DNA from: Acutalibacteraceae bacterium
Lineage (GTDB): Bacteria > Bacillota > Clostridia > Oscillospirales > Acutalibacteraceae
Length of the DNA: 32,000 nucleotides
NCBI GenBank assembly: GCA_045533625.1
Contig: JAZSID010000032.1
Location: 17,311 to 49,310 of the forward strand
Reading direction: 5' to 3'
A program made the position numbers and the translations under genes. The notes below the pieces were generated by a model. It saw only the letters and a program-made list of their open reading frames with translations, searched no databases and was not told where the DNA came from. Below are positions 24,029 through 31,097 of the stretch, one piece after another (the stretch's first letter is position 1; the number at the start of each line of letters is the position of its first letter).

Positions 24029-24230
24029 ACCGTTTTCCGTCACCAAAAAATTCATATCTTCGGGAGACGAAACGTCTCCCCTACAGACACGCCTGAAGCT
24101 GTTTCGTAGGGCACGACGTTTACGACGTGCCGATATCCTTCAAAATTTACGGTGTGTCGCAAGCGTCACACCCTACAAGAACAGCTTTAGATATGTATAC
24201 ACACCGAATCGATATGGTGTAAGTTAATTA
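24029..24230. other. GC-rich cluster of 4-5 hairpins in an otherwise AT-rich intergenic region (candidate structured RNA or REP-like element; strand unknown)
   Basis: H1 is GGGAGACG-AAA-CGTCTCCC (24062-24080). A long-range stem pairs AAGCTGTT/GTAGGG (24096-24111) with CCCTAC/AACAGCTT (24171-24187), enclosing two hairpins (24112-24129 and 24151-24172). A further hairpin is ACACC...GGTGT (about 24202-24221). Confidence 0.45.
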
Positions 24231-24309
24231 ATTATCAGCAGCAAATTTTAAAAATACCGATTGGTACAAAAACTTATTTAAAATATAGTGATATTAGGAT
24301 TAATTTCTA

Positions 24310-24338
24310 TTGACTTTAGCGTGTTAACGTGTTAGTAT
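24310..24338 (+). promoter_or_regulatory. candidate promoter TTGACT-17-TAGTAT of the amino-acid ABC operon
   Basis: TTGACT at 24310-24315 and TAGTAT at 24333-24338. The spacer carries the tandem repeat CGTGTTA-A-CGTGTTA. Confidence 0.4.
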
Positions 24339-24368
24339 AGTAGCACATTATTAATCGGAGGGATTATT

Positions 24369-25187
24369 ATGAAAAAGTTTTTAGCAATTATTCTCGCAAT
24401 CGTAACAGTTCTTTCAGTTCTTGCATTTGCAGGCTGCTCAAAGAAAGAAGAAGAAAAGCCCAATAACGGCGACGTTGTTGAAGCAACAGGCGAATTGGCA
24501 GAAATCAAAGAAAAAGGCAAACTCATCGTTGGTATCACAGAGTATCCTCCCATGAACTTCAAAGATGAAAACGGCGAATGGACAGGTTTTGATACAGAGC
24601 TTACATACGCTTTTGCTGAGAAGATCGGCGTTGACGTTGAGTTCGTTGTTCTTGCTGACTGGGGCGCAAAGTTCACAGAGCTTAAGTCAGGTTCAATCGA
24701 CTGCGTATGGAACGGTATGACAATCACAGACGAAGCTCTTAAGAACGCTTCTGTTTCTGACGTTTACCTCAAGAACTCACAGGTTGTTGTTCTTCCTGCT
24801 GACAAGGCTGCTGCAGTCAAGACAGTTGACGATCTCAAGAATCTCACATTCGCAGTTGAAGAAGGTTCTGCAGGTCAGTCAATCGCTGAAGATAACAAGC
24901 TTAAGACTGTTGCATCAAAGGATATGGCTATGGCTCTCGTTGAAGCATCAAGCGGCGCTTGCGACGGTTGTATCATCGACAAGACAATGGCTGAAGCTAC
25001 AGTCGGCGAAGGCACAAGCTACGAAAAGCTTGCTGTTTCAATCACACTCAGCACAGAAGAATTCGGTGTTGCTTTCAGACAGGATTCAAACCTTACAGCT
25101 GAATTCAACACATTCCTTAAGGACTATCAGGCAAGCGGCGACTTCGCAAAGCTTGCAGCTAAATACGAAGTAAACATCGAAGAATAA
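24369..25187 (+). CDS. amino-acid ABC transporter substrate-binding lipoprotein (family 3 SBP)
   Basis: 272 aa with lipobox LAFAGCS. Motifs: GKLIVGITEYPPMNFKDENGEWTGFDTEL and DCVWNGMTIT. GGAGGG RBS. Confidence 0.9.
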   Translation: MKKFLAIILAIVTVLSVLAFAGCSKKEEEKPNNGDVVEATGELAEIKEKGKLIVGITEYPPMNFKDENGEWTGFDTELTYAFAEKIGVDVEFVVLADWGAKFTELKSGSIDCVWNGMTITDEALKNASVSDVYLKNSQVVVLPADKAAAVKTVDDLKNLTFAVEEGSAGQSIAEDNKLKTVASKDMAMALVEASSGACDGCIIDKTMAEATVGEGTSYEKLAVSITLSTEEFGVAFRQDSNLTAEFNTFLKDYQASGDFAKLAAKYEVNIEE

Positions 25188-25277
25188 TTTCAATCAAAAC
25201 TTAAAATCAAAAGGCAGGAAGTCATCGGCTCCCTGCCTTTCGGATGTCTTAAGTTTCATTAAGAAGGGTTTTTATTT

Positions 25278-25973
25278 ATGTTTTTAACGGTAACTCAGGC
25301 TTTATTGGAAGGTTTCGCCACGACGCTTGAACTTTTCATAATGACCTTGATTTTCGCTTTGCCGTTGGGTCTTATTATCAGCTTCGGCTCAATGAGCAAA
25401 ATCAAACCAATCAAATGGTTTGTACGTACTTTCGTCTGGATTATAAGAGGTACTCCCCTTATGCTCCAGCTTATCATTATTTTCTACGTCCCCGGTATGG
25501 TCGGTATGTGGGCAAGAGACCAGGAAACAACTAACGTCTTTATTGAATGGCTTGCAACATGGAAAGTTATGGAACGTTTCACAGCTGCTTTGGTTTCTTT
25601 TGTTATTAACTATGCCTGCTATTTTTCCGAGATTTACCGCGGCGGTATCGAATCGATTTCGAAGGGACAGTACGAAGCTTGCCACGTGCTCGGTATGAGC
25701 AAACCGCAGGCATTTTTCCACGTTGTTCTTCTTCAGGTTATCAAACGTATCATTCCGCCGATGAGTAACGAAATCATCACACTTGTAAAGGACACTTCCC
25801 TCGCCCGTATCATTTCGGTTTACGAAATCATTTGGAGCGGTGAAGCATTCATCAAGAGTGACGGTCTTCTCTGGCCCTTGTTCTACACAGGTGCATTCTT
25901 CCTTCTCGCCTGCGGTCTTCTTACAATTCTCTTTAACAAAATCGAGAAGAAGCTCAACTTCTTCTCTGTGTGA
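25278..25973 (+). CDS. amino-acid ABC transporter permease (His/Glu/Gln/Arg/opine family)
   Basis: 231 aa with the TM pattern and an EAA-like loop (YRGGIESISKGQYEACHVLGMSK). Confidence 0.9.
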   Translation: MFLTVTQALLEGFATTLELFIMTLIFALPLGLIISFGSMSKIKPIKWFVRTFVWIIRGTPLMLQLIIIFYVPGMVGMWARDQETTNVFIEWLATWKVMERFTAALVSFVINYACYFSEIYRGGIESISKGQYEACHVLGMSKPQAFFHVVLLQVIKRIIPPMSNEIITLVKDTSLARIISVYEIIWSGEAFIKSDGLLWPLFYTGAFFLLACGLLTILFNKIEKKLNFFSV

Positions 25974-25984
25974 GGTGAACGGAT

Positions 25985-26767
25985 ATGGCTATACTTGAAG
26001 TTAATGAGCTTACCAAAAATTTCGGCTCAACAAAGGTTTTAAAGGGCATTTCCTTCACTCTTGAAGAAGGCAAGGTGCTTTCTATCATCGGCTCATCAGG
26101 CAGCGGTAAGACTACCCTGTTGCGTTGCATAAACGGTCTTGAAACTGCTACTGCAGGCAAAATCAGCGTAAATGAAAAAGTTGTTTTTGACAGCACGGTC
26201 ACGGACAAAAAAGAGCTCAAAGCTCTCCGACACAATCAGCAGAACATCGGTCTTGTTTTCCAACAGTTCAATCTTTTCCCGCAGTACACAGCTCTCGGCA
26301 ACGTTACGCTTGCAATGAAGCTTGCGGCAAAAAAACGTCCTGATTACAAGAAAAACAAGAAAGCTATCCTTGAAGAAATCGATGCGACTGCAAAGAAATA
26401 TCTTGACAAGGTCGGACTTTCCGACAAACTCAGCAACTACCCTTGTGAGCTTTCGGGCGGTCAGCAGCAACGAGTTTCAATTGCGCGTGCGCTTGCAATG
26501 AATCCACAGATTCTGTTCTTTGACGAGCCGACATCAGCTCTTGACCCTGAGCTTACGGGAGAAATCCTTAAAACAATCCGTCAGCTTGCCGAAGACAATA
26601 TGACAATGGTTATCGTTACTCACGAAATGAACTTTGCAAAGGATGTTTCGGACGAAGTAATATTTATGGATGACGGTGTTATCGCCGAGCAAGGCTCACC
26701 GGAAGAAGTCCTTGTCAACCCGAAAAACCCGAGAACAAAAGCCTTTCTTAACACATATGAAAAATAA
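25985..26767 (+). CDS. amino-acid ABC transporter ATP-binding protein
   Basis: 260 aa with Walker [11 protein letters not shown]-loop, signature [15 protein letters not shown], Walker [13 protein letters not shown] and H-loop VTHEM. Confidence 0.95.
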   Translation: MAILEVNELTKNFGSTKVLKGISFTLEEGKVLSIIGSSGSGKTTLLRCINGLETATAGKISVNEKVVFDSTVTDKKELKALRHNQQNIGLVFQQFNLFPQYTALGNVTLAMKLAAKKRPDYKKNKKAILEEIDATAKKYLDKVGLSDKLSNYPCELSGGQQQRVSIARALAMNPQILFFDEPTSALDPELTGEILKTIRQLAEDNMTMVIVTHEMNFAKDVSDEVIFMDDGVIAEQGSPEEVLVNPKNPRTKAFLNTYEK

Positions 26768-26776
26768 ATAATTGAC

Positions 26777-26830
26777 AACACCGCCCATTATTTGCTATAG
26801 TAAAAACAGCAAAATAAAGGCGGTGTTTTT
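26777..26830 (+). terminator. terminator-like hairpin after the ABC operon, abutting the next start codon
   Basis: ACACCGCC (26778-26785) pairs with GGCGGTGT (26819-26826). An inner stem pairs TTTGCT with AGCAAA. It is followed by TTTTT and then the ATG at 26831. Confidence 0.55.
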
Positions 26831-27658
26831 ATGAGATTAGGCATTATCAACGGTTGGGACGAAGGTCACTTCAAAACCGTAAAAGAAAAAGGGCTCACAG
26901 CGGTTGAATTCTGCATCAACTACAACTACGATTCAGCCGAGGTTCTTGCAAAAGCTGAAGAAATCAAGGGTTATTCCGAGAAGTACGGTGTTGATGTTGC
27001 ATCAATCGGACGTTGGGGTATGACAAGAGTTGACGAAAACGGTGATATTATCCCCGAAGCTTTGCAGCACGACAAAAATCTTGTTGACCTTGCTTCAATT
27101 CTCGGCTGTCCTGTTTTCAATGTAGGCTGTAACGAAGTTGAGGGCAAAACTTTTGAAGAAAACTGTAAGTACGCAATCAAATACCTGCAGACACTTGTTG
27201 ATTATGCAAAGCCGAAAAACGTTAAAATCGGTCTTTACAACTGTGACTGGGAAAACTTCATCTGGGATGCAAAGTCATGGGGTGCTGTACTTACAGCTAT
27301 TCCTGAGCTCGGCATCAAATATGACCCGTCACACTGTATGAACCGTTTCGGCGATTACCTTAAGGAAATTGCTGACTGGGGACACAGATTCCATCACTTC
27401 CACGTCAAGGGTACTCTCCACGTCGGCGGCGACCATTACGACGATCCGCCCGCAGGTCTTGACCAGACTAACTGGGGTGCTGTTATGGCAATCCTTTACG
27501 ATGTAGGTTACGACGGAGTTCTTTCAATTGAACCGCATTCAAGAAATTGGTTCGGCGGCAAAGGACAGTGGGGCATCGACTTCACAATCAAGTATATGAG
27601 CCAGTTCCTCATTGACGAGAAGTACAATAATATGGATATCGATCCGTATATGCCGTAA
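26831..27658 (+). CDS. sugar phosphate isomerase/epimerase (xylose isomerase-like TIM barrel)
   Basis: 275 aa. HFHVKG...D...PG and LSIEPH are typical of the AP_endonuc_2/TIM-barrel family. Confidence 0.8.
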   Translation: MRLGIINGWDEGHFKTVKEKGLTAVEFCINYNYDSAEVLAKAEEIKGYSEKYGVDVASIGRWGMTRVDENGDIIPEALQHDKNLVDLASILGCPVFNVGCNEVEGKTFEENCKYAIKYLQTLVDYAKPKNVKIGLYNCDWENFIWDAKSWGAVLTAIPELGIKYDPSHCMNRFGDYLKEIADWGHRFHHFHVKGTLHVGGDHYDDPPAGLDQTNWGAVMAILYDVGYDGVLSIEPHSRNWFGGKGQWGIDFTIKYMSQFLIDEKYNNMDIDPYMP

Positions 27659-27750
27659 AGCGTGTTTCGTAAAACTAAGGGTAATTGACGCTACTTTAAT
27701 ATCACTTTCTTCAGGTCAGTTAAACTACAAAGAAACACAAGAATTACATT

Positions 27751-27795
27751 AAACAACCCGACAACAGTTTATTAACCGTTGTCGGGTCTTGCATT
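27751..27795. terminator. terminator hairpin between convergent genes
   Basis: ACCCGACAAC (27756-27765) pairs with GTTGTCGGGT (27778-27787). Confidence 0.6.
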
Positions 27796-28347
27796 TTACC
27801 ATTTATTCCAACCCGGATATATTTCTTTTACAAAATCAACCATATCATCGATATAATCAAGATCCTGATCGTAATAGGCAAAATAAAGTATTCTGTTTTC
27901 TTCTTCAGAAAAGGCAATCATACCGAAATCATGAGGATAATAACCGTCCGAAATTACTTTGAATGAATATCCGTCAATTTCAAAACTACCCGTGGGGATA
28001 ATCACACTTTCTTCCTCAAACGTACGATATATCGGTTCATTCAAAAAAGTATAAGTTTTATTTAACTCTTCCCTCTTTACTTCGAATTCTTCTTCCGACA
28101 GCTCCTGAGACACTACCGTACCGTATCCGACAAAAACCATTGAATACTTGTAATGCTTGAATTGAAAACTGTCGTTATTCAAAACCTCATCAATATCAGG
28201 TAAACACTTTTCGCCTCCATAAGTTGATTCCATATGGAATTTATAATATGTTTCGTAATCCTGCTTATCCTTTGAAACAAGCTTTGAGCAGCTACTGAGA
28301 ATAATAACCATCAGAATAATCAATGCAATTTTTAAAAACTTTCTCAC
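27796..28347 (-). CDS. lipoprotein of unknown function
   Basis: 183 aa. GTG start with GGAGGA 6 nt upstream. MRKFLKIALIILMVIILSSCSK gives a signal peptide plus lipobox. No recognisable domain. Confidence 0.7.
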   Translation of the reverse strand: MRKFLKIALIILMVIILSSCSKLVSKDKQDYETYYKFHMESTYGGEKCLPDIDEVLNNDSFQFKHYKYSMVFVGYGTVVSQELSEEEFEVKREELNKTYTFLNEPIYRTFEEESVIIPTGSFEIDGYSFKVISDGYYPHDFGMIAFSEEENRILYFAYYDQDLDYIDDMVDFVKEIYPGWNKW

Positions 28348-28450
28348 ATTCTTTCCTCCTTATCTTCTCTTAATCGAATTATAGCACAAGTCAAAATCAG
28401 TATCAACAAAGCGACGTCGCACAACTTATTGTAATATTTATTTAAAATAT

Positions 28451-28479
28451 TTGACAATCTTTAAAAACAACTGTATAAT
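28451..28479 (+). promoter_or_regulatory. consensus sigma-A promoter TTGACA-17-TATAAT upstream of the PHP-domain gene
   Basis: TTGACA at 28451-28456 and TATAAT at 28474-28479. Confidence 0.6.
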
Positions 28480-28507
28480 TTTAACATAAACCTTAAGGAG
28501 GAATTTT

Positions 28508-30034
28508 ATGAAACACAGGTATTTTACTTTGGCTAAAAAGTCTCTTGCAGTCTTTATGGCGGCTCTGTTTGTCGGAATGCTTGCACCTGCGGCAATCGCT
28601 GCAAACGCAGAAAAAAACTTTATAATTGAAAGTCCATATGAGGAAATCAACTGGGACGAATGGGGAATGTACAAAACCCAGCTTCATTGCCACACGACGG
28701 CAAGTGACGGTTTCCTTACAATCGATGAATTCTGCAAGATGCACTATGCAACTGATTACGACATTGTCGCTCTTACAGACCACGGTACACTCAACCGCGG
28801 TTGGAATGTCGCTCCCGAAGTAGTTCCTCTTATGAGAGCTATCAAAAAAGAGCGCACCAAGAACGCTCCGATTATTCCGATTTCTGACGAAGAGTACGAG
28901 GCATACCTCAACGGCACAAACGAAAACAGAACTTTTGTAACTTCTGACGGCGTTGAGCTTAACAGAACAAAGACCACGGGAATGATTGATATCCCTCTCG
29001 GTAACGAGCTTAATATGGCAACTCCGTTTGCTGACTGTCATCTTACAGGTTATTACGCAGAGTACGGTCAGGGACTTGCAGGTGTTTTCGGTGACTATGA
29101 GACACCTACAAAGGGTGTAAAAGAAGCAGGCGGTATTTCGATGCTTTCTCACGTCGGCGAATATGTTTACATCGATAAAGATTCTGAAAAATATGTAGGT
29201 CAGAAGGTTGACGAATACTACGTAAACAAGTTTGCAAGAATCTTCCTTGACAATCCCGGTTCATCACTCGGTATGGGTATCAACAGCGCAACAGACGCAC
29301 ATACACGTTGCGACCGTATCCTTTATGACCAGATTCTTCAGAAGACTATCCCCTACGGCGTTGTTCCTTGGGGCAATACATTCGCAGACTCACACAGCGA
29401 ATCTTCAATCAATGATGCTTATACAATGAGCTGGATGCCCGAGCAAACAACTGATGCTTTCCGCACCTGCCTTGAAAAAGGACAATTCTTCTCAATCTCG
29501 CACTTCTCAAACGGTGTTGAGCTTGACGGCATCCCTGAAATTCCGGGATTTGTTGAGCAGGATGTATACGACACAAAGAGCTACTGGCTCGACAACACTC
29601 CTAACGTAACAAGACTTACAATCGACCAGGAGAACGACACAATCACTGTTGAAGGCGTAAACTTTGACAGAGTTGTATGGGTTTCAAACGGTAACGTAAT
29701 CCAGCGTGACGAGAACATCACATCAGGCAAAGCAACGCTTGACCTTCACGCTGACAGCTTCCTTAACGGTAACGAGCCTGAGCTTTTCGTAAGATTCTAC
29801 CTCACGGGCGAAAACGGCATCTGCTACTCACAGCCGATGGTACTTCACGTTGAAGGCGAAGAATTCGAAAAGGTCGAAGTTCCCAAGACATATGACCTCC
29901 CCTGGTTCTTAAGAGGTCTTGTAACGGTTATCGACGCACTCTTCTTCAGATTCAATCCGATTATCTGGATATTCAAGTATTTCGGTCTCGGTTATAATCC
30001 GATTACATTAGACAGACTCTTCAATCCGTTCTGA
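28508..30034 (+). CDS. secreted PHP-domain metallophosphoesterase-like protein with a hydrophobic C-terminal segment
   Basis: 508 aa with a signal peptide (..APAAIAANAEK). The PHP N-terminal motif is QLHCHTTASDG...DIVALTDHG. The C-terminal hydrophobic stretch is FLRGLVTVIDALFFRFNPIIWIF. Confidence 0.75.
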   Translation: MKHRYFTLAKKSLAVFMAALFVGMLAPAAIAANAEKNFIIESPYEEINWDEWGMYKTQLHCHTTASDGFLTIDEFCKMHYATDYDIVALTDHGTLNRGWNVAPEVVPLMRAIKKERTKNAPIIPISDEEYEAYLNGTNENRTFVTSDGVELNRTKTTGMIDIPLGNELNMATPFADCHLTGYYAEYGQGLAGVFGDYETPTKGVKEAGGISMLSHVGEYVYIDKDSEKYVGQKVDEYYVNKFARIFLDNPGSSLGMGINSATDAHTRCDRILYDQILQKTIPYGVVPWGNTFADSHSESSINDAYTMSWMPEQTTDAFRTCLEKGQFFSISHFSNGVELDGIPEIPGFVEQDVYDTKSYWLDNTPNVTRLTIDQENDTITVEGVNFDRVVWVSNGNVIQRDENITSGKATLDLHADSFLNGNEPELFVRFYLTGENGICYSQPMVLHVEGEEFEKVEVPKTYDLPWFLRGLVTVIDALFFRFNPIIWIFKYFGLGYNPITLDRLFNPF

Positions 30035-30060
30035 TTTCAAAATGAAAGGAGATGTGAAAT

Positions 30061-30228
30061 ATGATCATCGGTTCAACTCTTATACCGGCTATCGGTTCAT
30101 TCCTTGTTGACCACATAATACCGGAAGAAATTACAGGAGCAATTATCGGTACAATCGGTGGTATTTTCTATTCTTTGATGGTTGCAATTTCTTACATTGC
30201 AGCGTTTTTCGTACCATTCATAACCTGA
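30061..30228 (+). CDS. 55-aa hydrophobic membrane peptide (below the ORF-track cutoff)
   Basis: My translation is MIIGSTLIPAIGSFLVDHIIPEEITGAIIGTIGGIFYSLMVAISYIAAFFVPFIT. AAAGGAGA lies 9 nt upstream of the ATG. The gene starts 26 nt after the PHP gene stop, and a terminator follows it. Confidence 0.5.
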   Translation: MIIGSTLIPAIGSFLVDHIIPEEITGAIIGTIGGIFYSLMVAISYIAAFFVPFIT

Positions 30229-30236
30229 ACAGCAAC

Positions 30237-30272
30237 GCCCACAGAACGTCAATTCTGTGGGCATTGTGATTT
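30237..30272 (+). terminator. terminator after the PHP gene and 55-aa peptide unit
   Basis: GCCCACAGAA (30237-30246) pairs with TTCTGTGGGC (30253-30262). The downstream T-tract is weak. Confidence 0.55.
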
Positions 30273-30282
30273 ATCTCAAAGC

Positions 30283-30315
30283 ATAAAAAGAGCCGTATCG
30301 TACGATACAGCTCTT
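30283..30315 (-). terminator. terminator of the 30325..30981 gene
   Basis: AGAGC-C-GTATCG pairs with CGATAC-A-GCTCT (30289-30314). On the minus strand it is followed by TTTTTATGC. Confidence 0.6.
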
Positions 30316-30324
30316 AAAATTTAC

Positions 30325-30981
30325 TTATGCATCGTCTTCTACGAAGCTCGGGTCAGTAACTACGAGGAATGCGTCGTCGCCCTTACCGATCTGCTTGTAG
30401 ATTCTGTCTGCCTTAGGTGTTGTCATCGGGAATCCTTCGCCGTGGCTCATATACAAGAGAATCTGAAGCTCATGGAGCGTCGGGAAGAAAAGGAAGATCA
30501 ACGGCTTGCCCGGAACTGAGTTCCATACGCCGAAAGCGAAGTAAGCACAGTTGAGGATGTGTGACCATGTACCGCCATTGATGATCTTGTTGCTGACAAC
30601 ATCGAGATCTGCCTGAGTAAGGTCCTTGCTGAGGTAAACGTACTCATATGCGTTGATGTTACGATAACGCCATGCTTCAACATTGTAGTAAAGACCAACA
30701 CCGTCAGCAAGTGAAGTACCGAAAGTACCGCAGGAAACGCCCTCACCCTTAGGCAATGTGTAAGCACCGACTGTGAGGCTGTGGTTAGTAAGATTTTCAA
30801 TATAAATCCACGTATGACCTGAAAGGCTTCTGTATCGCTCGTTATGGCCTACATACATGCGTGCAACGATAACATCAGCTTCGTCTGTTGCTTTCTCGGC
30901 AGCCGTTACTGACATCGCAAAAACACCGAAAAGAACAGCAACCACAAGCAACATTGATGTAAGTTTAGTTAAGATTTTCAA
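30325..30981 (-). CDS. secreted protein of unknown function, possible circularly permuted papain-fold (LRAT/YiiX-like) enzyme
   Basis: Start re-called to the TTG at 30981 (MKILTKLTSMLLVVAVLFGVFAMSVTAAEK), with GAAGGGA 5 nt upstream. The track's ATG at 31023 falls inside the predicted promoter. A His (SGHTWIYIEN) precedes an Asn-Cys (HILNCAYFAFGVWN). Confidence 0.65.
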   Translation of the reverse strand: MKILTKLTSMLLVVAVLFGVFAMSVTAAEKATDEADVIVARMYVGHNERYRSLSGHTWIYIENLTNHSLTVGAYTLPKGEGVSCGTFGTSLADGVGLYYNVEAWRYRNINAYEYVYLSKDLTQADLDVVSNKIINGGTWSHILNCAYFAFGVWNSVPGKPLIFLFFPTLHELQILLYMSHGEGFPMTTPKADRIYKQIGKGDDAFLVVTDPSFVEDDA

Positions 30982-31013
30982 GTGTATCCCTTCTTTAAAA
31001 ATATTGTGTAGTG

Positions 31014-31042
31014 AGTATAACATAATATATTGACAGTGTCAA
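31014..31042 (-). promoter_or_regulatory. sigma-A-type promoter TTGACA-17-TATACT for the 30325..30981 gene
   Basis: Read on the reverse strand: -35 at 31037-31042 and -10 at 31014-31019. Confidence 0.5.
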
Positions 31043-31052
31043 CATTACATTA

Positions 31053-31085
31053 ATGGAAAACTCCGCAGAAAGCGATTCTGCGGAG
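31053..31085 (-). terminator. terminator of the polysaccharide deacetylase gene
   Basis: CTCCGCAGAA (31061-31070) pairs with TTCTGCGGAG (31076-31085). On the minus strand it is followed by TTTTCC. Confidence 0.65.
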
Positions 31086-31097
31086 CTGTCAATCTGA

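Noticed and set aside
24029-24368. T-box, S-box, L-box, glycine or purine riboswitch upstream of the amino-acid ABC operon
   Set aside because: I could not find any of the conserved cores. These include the T-box GGTGGTACCGCG-type sequence, the S-box GAGGGA/ATC..GAGAG elements, and the purine-riboswitch junctions. The structured island also lies upstream of the best promoter candidate. It is therefore reported only as an unclassified structure.
24332-24727. 131-aa - strand ORF
   Set aside because: It is antisense to the substrate-binding-protein gene and crosses that gene's RBS and promoter.
28493-29152. 219-aa ORF on the - strand
   Set aside because: It is antisense to the PHP-domain gene and runs through that gene's RBS and start. 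The product is Cys/Arg/Lys-rich with no recognisable motifs, and there is no RBS.
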